In this document: positions 1-8,846 of the stretch, in pieces
Numbering within the stretch: position 1 is the first letter of the stretch
Layout of the letters: every line of letters begins with the position of its first letter
Source of the DNA: Candidatus Hydrogenedentota bacterium
GTDB lineage: Bacteria > Hydrogenedentota > Hydrogenedentia > Hydrogenedentales > SLHB01
Direction: 5' to 3'
Assembly: GCA_034408725.1 (NCBI GenBank)
Contig: JAWXCN010000173.1
Location: forward strand, 1-54,373
Length of the DNA stretch: 54,373 nt
Made by a program: the position numbers and the translations under genes
Notes under the pieces: model-generated
Databases searched by the model: none
Told to the model about the DNA's origin: nothing
The model's input: the letters and a program-made list of their open reading frames with translations, nothing else

Positions 1-1
1 C

Positions 2-142
2 ATCGTCATACCCGGCCTATCCCACCACATTACCCAGCGCGGGAACAACCGGCAGGACGTTTTCTTTGTCGACGATGACCGCGTTGCTTATCTCGATCTG
101 TTGCGAGCCATGCGTCAAGCGCGGGTGCGCCTGCTGGGGTAG
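2..142 (+). pseudogene. Truncated REP-associated tyrosine transposase (RAYT / Y1_Tnp), N-terminal fragment; start lies outside the window
   Basis: Frame +2 reads IVIPGLSHHITQRGNNRQDVFFVDDDRVAYLDLLRAMRQARVRLLG*, the typical RAYT N-terminus. The TAG at 140-142 falls where the Y of the 'GYCLMxNHxH' HUH motif is expected, and the motif does not resume afterwards. Confidence 0.8.
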
Positions 143-216
143 GCGACTTCCCCGCGTTGAAGGTGCAATCACGGGCTGGTATGATATGCGCTGGCAACTA
201 CCGCATGGATATTGGC

Positions 217-1137
217 ATGACCGACGATAAGCAGCATTCGGGTGACACGACCCGCCTTGTATTGGACGATGAACTGGCCAGTTTGCGGGCGCGCATGCAG
301 GGGCAGCGTGCCAGTCTCGTTGTAATCGCGGGATGGCAGATTGGCAAAGAGTTTATCTTGAATGGCTCCGAGTGGGTGATGGGGCGTTCGCCGGACGCGA
401 CGCTCAGCATCAATCTGCAATCGGTGTCGCGCCAGCATGCGCGCATTTGCCGCCGGACAGATACCGACGGCGAATATTATGAAATCAGCGACCTCGACAG
501 CATGAACGGGACGCACGTCAACACCCAGCTCGTGCGGACGTCGCGCATCAATGATGGCGACAAGATTCAGCTTGGCGACGTGGTGGTGAAGTTCATGTTG
601 CAGGACGCGCTCGAATCGCAGTTCCACGCGGAAGTCCACAATCGCATCCATTACAACCAGCTCACGGGGTTGTTGACGTACGAGTCGTTCAAACCCTACC
701 TCGCGGAAGAAATCGCGCAGGCGGGCAACAAGACCCGGTTCACCATTGCCATGACGGATCTGGACGGCCTGAAAAAAGTGAACGATACGCACGGGCATCT
801 GATGGGCAGCAGGGTCATTCAGGAGATGGGGGCGATCATGCGGAGCGTGTTGCGTCCCGCGGACCGCGCAGGCCTGTATGGCGGCGACGAGGCAATCGTG
901 CTCTACACCGACGCGCCTCTTGCCGAAGCCCAGATAATCGCCGAGAAGCTGCGCGAGCAGATTGCGGCGTGTACGCTCGACCACAACAATAAGCTCGTCA
1001 ATGTCACCATCAGCCAGGGTTTGGCCGAGTATCCAACTCACGGCACCGCCATGGAGCAACTCATCGCCGCGGCCGACGGCGCGCTCTACGCCGCGAAAGG
1101 GGCTGGTCGCAATTGCGTGCGCGTCGCGGAATGCTGA
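217..1137 (+). CDS. FHA-domain GGDEF (diguanylate cyclase-like) protein
   Basis: FHA motifs GR..SRQH..NGT; GGDEF-domain motifs DLDGLKKVNDTHGH, RPAD, GGDEA and LYAAKGAGRN. Start could be 205 or 217. Confidence 0.9.
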   Translation: MTDDKQHSGDTTRLVLDDELASLRARMQGQRASLVVIAGWQIGKEFILNGSEWVMGRSPDATLSINLQSVSRQHARICRRTDTDGEYYEISDLDSMNGTHVNTQLVRTSRINDGDKIQLGDVVVKFMLQDALESQFHAEVHNRIHYNQLTGLLTYESFKPYLAEEIAQAGNKTRFTIAMTDLDGLKKVNDTHGHLMGSRVIQEMGAIMRSVLRPADRAGLYGGDEAIVLYTDAPLAEAQIIAEKLREQIAACTLDHNNKLVNVTISQGLAEYPTHGTAMEQLIAAADGALYAAKGAGRNCVRVAEC

Positions 1138-1138
1138 C

Positions 1139-1924
1139 GTGCGCCCGCTCATCACGCTGACGACGGATTTCGGCACCCGCGATCCATACGTAGCGAGCAT
1201 GAAGGGGGTGATCGCGCGCCGGTGTCCGGAAGCCGCAATCGCCGATCTGTCCCACGATATCCCCGCACAGGACGTGCTTTCCGGGGCGTTGTTTATCGCC
1301 GAGGCTGCTCGCTGGTTTCCCGAAGGGACGATTCATTGCATCGTCGTTGATCCCGGCGTCGGGACGGCGCGCTTGCCGATTGCGGTGCGCGCAGGCAATC
1401 AATACTTTGTATGCCCGGACAACGGTCTCCTCACATTCGTTTCACGACGCACGCCCATTGATGAAGCGCGGACTATTGCGAATGCCGAGTTCATCCTCGA
1501 GCCCATCAGCGCGACGTTTCACGGCCGCGACATGTTTGCGCCGGCGGCGGCGGGTTTGGCCAATGGCATCCCCTTGGCAAACGCGGGCGACCGGCTTTCA
1601 ACGCTGACGATGCTGGATGTTGCGCAACCCGCGGAAGATGAAGCCGGCGTAGTTCACGGCATTGTAACGCACGTAGACCGGTTTGGAAACGCGATCACCA
1701 ATTTAACCGCATCAACAATAAACTCACGCGACGCACTGTGCGTGCGGTTCAATGGCGTCGAAATTACCGGCATCCGGGAAACCTACGGCGACGTAGCCCC
1801 AGGGCAGGCTGTTGTTTTGACGGGAAGCGCGGGCTTTATCGAAATTGCCGTGCATCGCGGCAGCGCGGCGGAGTCGTTCAACCTGCGCCGGGGCACTCGC
1901 GTGGAAATCTGGCGGACAACGTGA
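1139..1924 (+). CDS. SAM-dependent chlorinase/fluorinase family protein (SAM hydroxide adenosyltransferase, DUF62)
   Basis: ITLTTDFG, VVDPGVGT.R, PDNG, TFHGRDMFAP and D.FGN motifs; GTG start 1 nt after the upstream stop. Confidence 0.92.
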   Translation: MRPLITLTTDFGTRDPYVASMKGVIARRCPEAAIADLSHDIPAQDVLSGALFIAEAARWFPEGTIHCIVVDPGVGTARLPIAVRAGNQYFVCPDNGLLTFVSRRTPIDEARTIANAEFILEPISATFHGRDMFAPAAAGLANGIPLANAGDRLSTLTMLDVAQPAEDEAGVVHGIVTHVDRFGNAITNLTASTINSRDALCVRFNGVEITGIRETYGDVAPGQAVVLTGSAGFIEIAVHRGSAAESFNLRRGTRVEIWRTT

Positions 1925-3174
1925 GCAGCATCGAAATCAAACCGCGCGCGAATCTCGATGCGACTGTCACAATTCCAGGCTCGAAGAGCTGCACGGCGCG
2001 CGCGCTTGTGATGGCGGGGTTGACGCGCGGCGAGAGCGTGCTGAAGGAGTGCGCTGACTGCGATGACACGGACTTCATGCTGAGTGGATTGCAGGAACTC
2101 GGCGTGGGCATCAAACGCGACGGCAATATGATTGTTTGTGGCGGCGGGCCATTCACACCGCCGCAGCGGCCCTTGTTTCTCGGAAATTCCGGCACGGCGG
2201 TGCGGTTCCTCGCAGCCGCCTGTGCAACGCTCGAAGGCGTCGCCGTAATTGATGGCTCTCAACGCATGCGGGAACGGCCCATACGGGACCTCATTGAAGC
2301 GCTGGGCGCGTGGGGCGTCGAGGTGCTTTCTGAAACCGGGTGCCCCCCCATCACGCTCATTTCGCGCGGTGACTTCGGCGGCGTAACCTGCGTCAAGGGC
2401 AGCGCGAGCAGCCAATATGTTTCGGGCTTGTTAATGGTTGCGCCCAATTCGCTGCACGGCGTGACGGTTCATATAGAAGGCGAACTGGTCTCAAAACCTT
2501 ACATTGATCTGACGCTCGCCATGATGCGCGAACGGGGCATTGCCGCCGCCAATTCCGGATACACGCGATTCGACGTCGCGGCACAACAACAGTACCGGCC
2601 GGGCACATATTCAATTGAAGCAGACGCGTCGGGCGCGTCATATTTTTTCGCCGCCGCGGCCGTCGCGGGCGGGCGCGTGCGCGTCGACAACCTCTCCCCC
2701 TCGTCTCACCAGGGCGACGTGGCGTTTCCCGCCGTGCTCGAACAAATGGGCTGCGAAATCAAACGGGGCCCAACCTGGATCGAGGTTTCGTCCACAGGAC
2801 TGCTCACCGGAATCGACATCGATCTCAACGCCATGCCGGACATGGCCCAAACCCTCGCCGTCACCGCATTGTTCGCGGAAGGTCCGACACGCATCCGCAA
2901 CGTACACAACTTGCGCATCAAGGAAACAGACCGCATCGCCGCTACCGCCACTGAACTGCGAAAACTCGGCGCAACGGTTCACGAGCACGAGGACGGCCTC
3001 GAAATTATTCCCGGCGAATTCCGCGCCGCCGCCATCGACACCTACGACGACCACCGCATGGCCATGAGCTTCGCGCTGGCGGGGTTGCGCATCCCCGGCG
3101 TTGTCATCAATGACCCCGAGTGCGTGTCGAAGACGTTTCCGGATTTTTTTGCGCGGTTTGATTCGCTGCGTTAG
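1921..3174 (+). CDS. aroA: 3-phosphoshikimate 1-carboxyvinyltransferase (EPSP synthase)
   Basis: PGSKS, GNSGTA.RF, SSQY, KETDRI, DDHRMAM and KTFPDF motifs; GTGA overlap with the upstream stop. Confidence 0.97.
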   Translation: MSSIEIKPRANLDATVTIPGSKSCTARALVMAGLTRGESVLKECADCDDTDFMLSGLQELGVGIKRDGNMIVCGGGPFTPPQRPLFLGNSGTAVRFLAAACATLEGVAVIDGSQRMRERPIRDLIEALGAWGVEVLSETGCPPITLISRGDFGGVTCVKGSASSQYVSGLLMVAPNSLHGVTVHIEGELVSKPYIDLTLAMMRERGIAAANSGYTRFDVAAQQQYRPGTYSIEADASGASYFFAAAAVAGGRVRVDNLSPSSHQGDVAFPAVLEQMGCEIKRGPTWIEVSSTGLLTGIDIDLNAMPDMAQTLAVTALFAEGPTRIRNVHNLRIKETDRIAATATELRKLGATVHEHEDGLEIIPGEFRAAAIDTYDDHRMAMSFALAGLRIPGVVINDPECVSKTFPDFFARFDSLR

Positions 3175-3251
3175 AAGTGAAGCTCTTTCCGCAGGGATAC
3201 TGCGCTCGCTCCGAAACGCGCCGACCTCGGCGATGGCGGCGCGACTAAGTC

Positions 3252-3280
3252 TTTGCAACCCGTCCCGCAATCGCTATAAT
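3252..3280 (+). promoter_or_regulatory. Sigma70-like promoter for the oxidoreductase gene
   Basis: (T)TTGCAA at 3252-3258, 16-17 nt spacer, perfect TATAAT at 3275-3280; RBS AGGAGG precedes ATG 3317. Confidence 0.6.
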
Positions 3281-3316
3281 CTCTACTCCATTCACATCAT
3301 TGCAGGAGGGGAAATC

Positions 3317-4483
3317 ATGGCCAAAAAGACAGTTAACGTCGCTCTGATCGGGACAAAGTTCATGGGCAAGGCGCACAGCAACGGGCTACGCCAGGTTGCG
3401 CATTTCTTTGACATGCCGTATGAGCCAGTAATGAAAGTGTTGTGCGGGCGCAATCCGGCGGAGACCAAGGCCGCCGCGAAGAAGTTCGGCTGGGAAGAGG
3501 CGAGCACTGACTGGCGGGCGGTGATCAATCGCCCCGACATCGACATCGTCGATATCAGTTCGTCGGGCGAAATGCATCATCCGATGGCGATTGCCGCGGC
3601 GAAAGCGGGCAAGCACATCATCTGCGAGAAACCACTCGCAAACACCTTGAAGCAGGCGGAACAGATGACCGACGCGGTGAAGAAAGCCGGTGTCAATCAC
3701 ATGTGCGGGTTTTCGTACAGGTTCGCGCCAGCGGTCGCGACGATCAAGAACATGATCAAGAAAGGCGATCTCGGCACAATCTTCCATTTCCGCGCATGCT
3801 ACCAACAGGATTGGATCGTCGATCCTGAGTTTCCGCTGAACTGGCGGCTACAAAAGAAAACCGCAGGTTCCGGAACGCTGGGCGACATTGGCGCACATAT
3901 AACGGATATGTGCCACAACCTGATCGGGCCTATCGACAGCGTTTGCGCAACGATGCGGACGTTCATCACCGAACGTCCTCTTGCCGACTCGTCCGCGACC
4001 ATCGCCGCAAAATCCGGGCACAAGAAAAGCGCGAAGAAAGGCAAGGTCGATGTCGACGATGCCGCGATCTTCCTGGCCACCATCAAAGGCGCGAAAACGC
4101 TCGCGACATTCGAAGCAACGCGTTTTGCGCCGGGCCGCCGCAACTACAATTGCATTGAAATCTACGGTAGCAAGGGCAGCGTGATCTGGAATCAGGAAGA
4201 CATGAACGTCTTCGAGTACTACAATTCCGCGGACCCCGGCCACCTCCAAGGGTTCCGCCGCGTACATGCAACCGACCCCGGACATCCCTACGGCGATGCC
4301 TGGTGGCCCAGCGCGCATATCATCGGCTACGAACACCTGTTCGTCCACGAAATGTACGACTTCATCAACCAGCTCGGGAAAAAGAAGGTCACCTATCCGA
4401 CGTTCGAAGACGGCCTGGCATGCCAGCAAGTGCTCGACGCGGTGGAACGCAGCAGCAAATCGAAAAAATGGGAAAAAGTATAA
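3317..4483 (+). CDS. Gfo/Idh/MocA family NAD(P)-dependent oxidoreductase
   Basis: GTKFMGKAH Rossmann start, CEKP and GDIGAH motifs; strong RBS. Confidence 0.93.
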   Translation: MAKKTVNVALIGTKFMGKAHSNGLRQVAHFFDMPYEPVMKVLCGRNPAETKAAAKKFGWEEASTDWRAVINRPDIDIVDISSSGEMHHPMAIAAAKAGKHIICEKPLANTLKQAEQMTDAVKKAGVNHMCGFSYRFAPAVATIKNMIKKGDLGTIFHFRACYQQDWIVDPEFPLNWRLQKKTAGSGTLGDIGAHITDMCHNLIGPIDSVCATMRTFITERPLADSSATIAAKSGHKKSAKKGKVDVDDAAIFLATIKGAKTLATFEATRFAPGRRNYNCIEIYGSKGSVIWNQEDMNVFEYYNSADPGHLQGFRRVHATDPGHPYGDAWWPSAHIIGYEHLFVHEMYDFINQLGKKKVTYPTFEDGLACQQVLDAVERSSKSKKWEKV

Positions 4484-4562
4484 GAGAATTCAACCACGGG
4501 GACACGGGGAACACGGGGAATCAAAACGACGATATGTTCCTCGATCCCCGGCAACCGTGGAG

Positions 4563-4963
4563 ATGCAAGTCATGGATGGACGTTTACTGGCCGAAGCACC
4601 CGAGGAGTTGATCGACAATGTGCTGACGGCGGCGACCGAGGTGCATCGGGAACTTGGCCCGGGACTGTATGAAAACTTTTTCAGGCCGCACTCTTCATTG
4701 AACTAGGGCTCCGTGGGCTCAAAGTCGCGTGCGAGGTCCCTGTAAACGTAACGTATAAAGGCCACGATCTCGGAATTGGTTTGCGCGCCGATCTGGTGGT
4801 CGAAGAATAACTGCTCCTCGAACTGAAAGCGGTGAGCGAATTAACGGACAATCATTTGGCGCAGATCATCACGTACCTCAAGTTGCTTGGGCTAAAACGC
4901 GGTTTTCTGCTCAACTTCCACGAGCGATTGCTGAAGGACGGTATGAAGCGAGTTTCGATCTGA
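4563..4963 (+). pseudogene. GxxExxY family (PD-(D/E)XK-like) protein, frameshifted with an internal stop
   Basis: EVHRELGPGLYE, then a frameshift at ~4671-4681 into FQAALFIELGLRGLKVACEVPVNVTYKGHDLGIGLRADLVVEE*LLLELKAVSELTDNHLAQIITYLKLLGLKRGFLLNFHERLLKDGMKRVSI*; TAA at 4808-4810. Confidence 0.9.
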
Positions 4964-5021
4964 CCACTGGGACACGGGGAACACGGGAAATTGAGCTCGA
5001 AATGCCATACAGGAAGGAAAG

Positions 5022-5159
5022 CATCACGACATTAATGGCAGCGATTTAATTGTTTGCTGGAAGCACGATTGGCAGGATTGTCCGCTGGAGGTGTTGGAGC
5101 TTAAGTCAGCGATCAAGCAGCTACCGAACAAATGTAGTTTTCCAGGGGTGATGAGGTGA
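5022..5159 (+). pseudogene. C-terminal remnant of a putative PD-(D/E)XK-like nuclease domain
   Basis: Reads HHDINGSDLIVCWKHDWQDCPLEVLELKSAIKQL with no start codon (in-frame TGA at 4992). It resembles the 'HD...DxIVCWxHxW..CP.EVxEL' tail I recall from uncharacterised endonuclease-like proteins. Confidence 0.6.
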
Positions 5160-5229
5160 TATGAGGTTTTCGCATTGAATTCCCCGTGTCCCCCGTGTCC
5201 CCGTGGTTTATTAAAGGGAGGAGACTTCA

Positions 5230-6195
5230 ATGAAACTTGGTTTTTTGACAGTCATGTTCAGCGACTTGCCGCTGAAGAAAGTGTTGGAAGTGATTCGGCC
5301 GCTCGGTTTGCAAACAGTCGAATTGGGTACCGGCAATTATCCTGGTGACGCGCATTGCAAGACGAAGGAGTTGTTGGCCTCGAAACCCAAGCGCGATGAA
5401 CTGCTCGCAATGATTAGAGGTGAGAAGCTCGAAATCAGCGCGCTCAGTTGCCATGGCAACTGTTTGCACCCCGATGCAGGCTTCGCGAAAAAAAGTATCG
5501 AGGTGCAGACCGACACGATTAAACTCGCGAACCTTCTCGGAGTAAAAGTCGTCATCGACTTTTCCGGCTGTCCCGGTTCGGACGAGAAAGCACAAAAGCC
5601 GAGTTGGGTAACTTGCCCGTGGCCACCCGATTTTCTCGAAGTGCTTGATTGGCAGTGGTCAAAAAAGGTGATTCCGTATTGGACGAAACAGGCGAAGTTC
5701 GCTGCGGACAACGGCGTCAAAATGGCCTTCGAGGCGCATCCCGGCTTTGTCGTGTACAACCCGGAAACCTTGCTGCGCCTGCGCAAAGAATGCGGCAGCA
5801 ACATCGGGGCGAATTTCGATCCGAGCCATTTCTTCTGGCAGGGCATTGATCCGGTCAATGCAGTGCGCGCGATGACCGGCAAGGCGATCTTCCACGTCCA
5901 CGCAAAGGATTCGCTGGTCTACGAACAGAACGCGACGGTCAACGGCGTTCTCGACACGAAACATTATGGAGACGAGCTCAACCGCTCATGGTTGTTCCGC
6001 ACCGTCGGTTATGGCCACAGCATCGAATGGTGGAAAGATTTCGCATCGACATTGCGCATGGTCGGTTACGACGGCCCGATCTCGATCGAACACGAAGACT
6101 CGATGATGTCCCGTACCGAGGGCCTCAAGAAAGCGGTTGATACCCTCAAGCAATGCCTGATCTTCGACAAGAAGTCGGCGATTACGTGGGCGTAA
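5230..6195 (+). CDS. Sugar phosphate isomerase/epimerase (AP endonuclease 2 TIM barrel)
   Basis: E.HPG, NFDPSH, HVHAKD and SIEHED metal-binding motifs; RBS GGAGGAG. Confidence 0.92.
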   Translation: MKLGFLTVMFSDLPLKKVLEVIRPLGLQTVELGTGNYPGDAHCKTKELLASKPKRDELLAMIRGEKLEISALSCHGNCLHPDAGFAKKSIEVQTDTIKLANLLGVKVVIDFSGCPGSDEKAQKPSWVTCPWPPDFLEVLDWQWSKKVIPYWTKQAKFAADNGVKMAFEAHPGFVVYNPETLLRLRKECGSNIGANFDPSHFFWQGIDPVNAVRAMTGKAIFHVHAKDSLVYEQNATVNGVLDTKHYGDELNRSWLFRTVGYGHSIEWWKDFASTLRMVGYDGPISIEHEDSMMSRTEGLKKAVDTLKQCLIFDKKSAITWA

Positions 6196-6201
6196 CTTTC
6201 C

Positions 6202-6234
6202 AAAGGGGCTTCGGCGATGCGCCGAAGCCCCTTT
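6202..6234 (+). terminator. Rho-independent terminator
   Basis: Perfect 15-bp stem AAAGGGGCTTCGGCG-atg-CGCCGAAGCCCCTTT right after the stop at 6195. Confidence 0.8.
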
Positions 6235-6262
6235 ACTTGATGTCTTATTCCAGGGGCTGCGA

Positions 6263-7885
6263 ATGTCAGGACTGATTCGAATAAAAGCGGCTCGACGCTC
6301 ATTCATAATCGTGTTGGCCGTCGCCGCACTGATTGTGGCCGGCTCACTCGTCCATGCAGCGGAGAAACCTTCCGGCAACCGCGGGGTAATCATGCGTAAG
6401 CAGCCCGCGGAAAAACCGGAAGCCGTAGAGCCCCTCCCGCAATCAGCGCCGCGCGAACCCGCGGAGCCGGCGCCGAATCGCCAGGCACCGCCTCGTGAAC
6501 CTGTGATTGTGCCACCGAAGCAAAAGCCGTTGCCCGTTGGTCCGGTCACTACGGTTTGGCCCGCGGCTTTTCACGATTACTTTCTAATCTCGCCCGAATC
6601 ACCGACGGTGGACGACGTGCTTGGGACACTCGTCACGTATTTGAACAGGCAAACTCTCGCGGGACGACACCCCGACGCGGAACTGACGCGGTTTGAAGAA
6701 TGGATGCAACAACATGGGAATGCGTTGCCGCGCAAATCGCCGGGCGTGGCATTGGTAGAAGGGTTCTACTGCAACCTTGCGCACTGGACTTCACTCGAGG
6801 CGCAATACACTTCCGAATACGATCGTGGCATATTGGGCCAATTGGTGCGCGTCGTCGAATCGCAGTCCCAGCTTGATCCCGGTTTCGATGAAGCGCGCCG
6901 CCAAAAAATTGTAAGCACGGTCACGGCCCAGGGATTGTTTGTTCCCGCCGGAATTCTGTTTGGATATTCAGTCCTGCCGTATCGCGCGGTAAACATCCCG
7001 GCGGGTTATGCGCCGTTCGAGTCGCCAACGAAACCGCAGTTCGCCGACACGCCGAACCGCGCGGAAGCGTTGTACGATTTCATCGAAGCGCCCGGTCCAA
7101 TCTTCCGCGTCGATTTTGACACCATCGAAGCAACCAGCGTGCGCATCGAACAAAGCGCCGACGGCAAACAGTTTCAGCGCGTCCAGGAATGGTTACCGAG
7201 AGACGCATCCGGTGTTCGGCCACCCGCAATCCTTACCAAGCCGTTTCGCTCGCGGTTCGTGAAACTCGTCGTCGAGTCACGGGAAGAGACAGCGGTGCTG
7301 CGCAACCCCCGCGTTTTCGCATTGAAAGAACCGGCCGCTGCAATCTCCGCGGCGGTAGAGTCCGCGCCTGAGTTGGACGGTTCGTTCAAGGAACCGGTGT
7401 GGCCGCAAAAGGCCCAGATCGACGGTTTCATCGACATCTCGACCTTGACGTTTGCCGAAGCGCAAACGACGGTCCGCGCCTGTCATACCAACGACACATT
7501 ATTTATCGCCGTCTACGCGCGCGAACCCCGTATGAACACAATGTCGGCGGCGCACACCGCGCGTGACGCATCGCTCACCGAGGAAGAATCCGTAACGATC
7601 ATGCTCCGTCCCACGGGCCACCCTGAGTGCCGGTTTACGATTAATCCGCTGGGGACGCAATTCGATAGCCGCGATGGCGATGCTTCGTGGAACGCCGAAT
7701 GGCGCGCGGTCACGCAAGCGTGGCCGGTCGGTTGGTCCGCGGAAATTGCCATCCCGTTTGCCGCGCTAGGCGCTTCACCGGGCACATCGGATTGGAACGT
7801 GGACTTCGCGCGCACGCGAAAGAATGTCACAAACGAACTTTCGGTATGGTCGCACACAGACACGAAAGGCCTGCTGATTTTCTAG
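6263..7885 (+). CDS. Exported protein with Pro-rich linker and C-terminal CBM9-like (DOMON-like) sugar-binding domain
   Basis: Signal peptide, P/E-rich segment, and a C-terminal APELDG..EPVW...TLFIAV...INPLG..FD...WSAEIAIPF pattern. Confidence 0.7.
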   Translation: MSGLIRIKAARRSFIIVLAVAALIVAGSLVHAAEKPSGNRGVIMRKQPAEKPEAVEPLPQSAPREPAEPAPNRQAPPREPVIVPPKQKPLPVGPVTTVWPAAFHDYFLISPESPTVDDVLGTLVTYLNRQTLAGRHPDAELTRFEEWMQQHGNALPRKSPGVALVEGFYCNLAHWTSLEAQYTSEYDRGILGQLVRVVESQSQLDPGFDEARRQKIVSTVTAQGLFVPAGILFGYSVLPYRAVNIPAGYAPFESPTKPQFADTPNRAEALYDFIEAPGPIFRVDFDTIEATSVRIEQSADGKQFQRVQEWLPRDASGVRPPAILTKPFRSRFVKLVVESREETAVLRNPRVFALKEPAAAISAAVESAPELDGSFKEPVWPQKAQIDGFIDISTLTFAEAQTTVRACHTNDTLFIAVYAREPRMNTMSAAHTARDASLTEEESVTIMLRPTGHPECRFTINPLGTQFDSRDGDASWNAEWRAVTQAWPVGWSAEIAIPFAALGASPGTSDWNVDFARTRKNVTNELSVWSHTDTKGLLIF

Positions 7886-7886
7886 G

Positions 7887-8840
7887 ATGCGCGCGCTTCA
7901 ATTCAACGGTCATGCCACACTCATCGACGCGCCAATACCCGTGCCCGCCGTGGGTGAGGCGCTGGTGCGCGTGCGGATGGCGGGAATATGCAGCACCGAC
8001 ATCGAATTGCTGCGCGGGTACATGGGATTCTCCGGAATTCCCGGCCATGAATTCGTAGGGACGGTTGAAGCCTGCGAAAACGACCACCTGCGTGGAAAAC
8101 GCGTGGCCGGAGAGATTAATTGCGTCTGCGGCACATGCCGATTGTGTTTGCGCGGCATGCCACACCACTGCCCCAATCGGAGCGTGCTCGGCATCCTTCA
8201 TCGGCCCGGCGCATTTGCGGAGTTTCTGACGCTACCCGAAACGAATCTGCACATCGTCCCCGATAGCGTGCCGGATGAAGTCGCCGTATTCACCGAACCG
8301 GTCGCGGCCGCGTTTCGCATTTGCGAACAAATATCGGTTGATCCTGAACATCGGGTTATCGTGCTCGGTGATGGAAAACTCGGACTTGTCATCGCCCAAG
8401 TTTTGTGGTTGCGCACTAAAAACCTCCTGTGCGTTGGAAAGCATCCGGACAAACTTTCGTTGTTATCACGCCTCGGAATAAAGATAGCGCTCGCGACGGA
8501 TAATATCGATGCGAACGCAGACATCGTTGTCGAGGCGACCGGTTCGGCCGATGGACTTCGCCGCGCGTGCGAACTGGTGCGGCCGGAAGGAACCGTGGTG
8601 CTAAAGACAACGATAGCGCGCGATATCACGTTGGACTTGAGCCTGCCCGTCATCAACGAAGTACGGATTATCGGATCTCGGTGCGGACCATTTGCACCCG
8701 CACTCGAAGCGTTGGCGCTCGGCACCGTCGAGGTGCGCCCGCTCATTTCCGCCGAATACGCATTCGACAACGCACTGGAAGCGCTCGAACACGCTCAATC
8801 GCCGGGCATACTAAAAGTGTTGCTGCGAATCGGCCCGTAA
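7887..8840 (+). CDS. Zinc-dependent alcohol dehydrogenase (MDR family)
   Basis: GICSTD, GHE, structural Zn CxxCxxC(x7)C and GDGKLG motifs. Confidence 0.93.
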   Translation: MRALQFNGHATLIDAPIPVPAVGEALVRVRMAGICSTDIELLRGYMGFSGIPGHEFVGTVEACENDHLRGKRVAGEINCVCGTCRLCLRGMPHHCPNRSVLGILHRPGAFAEFLTLPETNLHIVPDSVPDEVAVFTEPVAAAFRICEQISVDPEHRVIVLGDGKLGLVIAQVLWLRTKNLLCVGKHPDKLSLLSRLGIKIALATDNIDANADIVVEATGSADGLRRACELVRPEGTVVLKTTIARDITLDLSLPVINEVRIIGSRCGPFAPALEALALGTVEVRPLISAEYAFDNALEALEHAQSPGILKVLLRIGP

Positions 8841-8846
8841 CACGTT

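Larger units (their letters stand above)
4492..5208. mobile_element. Inverted-repeat-bounded cassette carrying decayed nuclease genes
   Basis: ~30 bp repeat AACCACGGGGACACGGGGAACACGGGGAAT at 4492-4521 (forward), 4963-4991 (forward, variant) and 5178-5208 (reverse complement), enclosing two gene remnants. Confidence 0.65.

Noticed and set aside
169-1200. Long antisense ORFs (169-1200, also 11081-11923, 42681-43517, 48307-49083)
   Set aside because: Shadow ORFs opposite well-supported genes, expected at high GC.
1139-1924. True fluorinase/chlorinase for halometabolite synthesis
   Set aside because: The context is housekeeping with no biosynthetic cluster; the widespread SAM hydroxide adenosyltransferase is more likely.
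4808-4810. Programmed readthrough or recoding in the GxxExxY gene
   Set aside because: The stop is TAA and there is a separate frameshift, so simple decay is more parsimonious.
4492-5208. Three ~30-bp repeats as a CRISPR array
   Set aside because: Spacers are ~440 and ~190 bp, one copy is inverted, and no cas genes are present.
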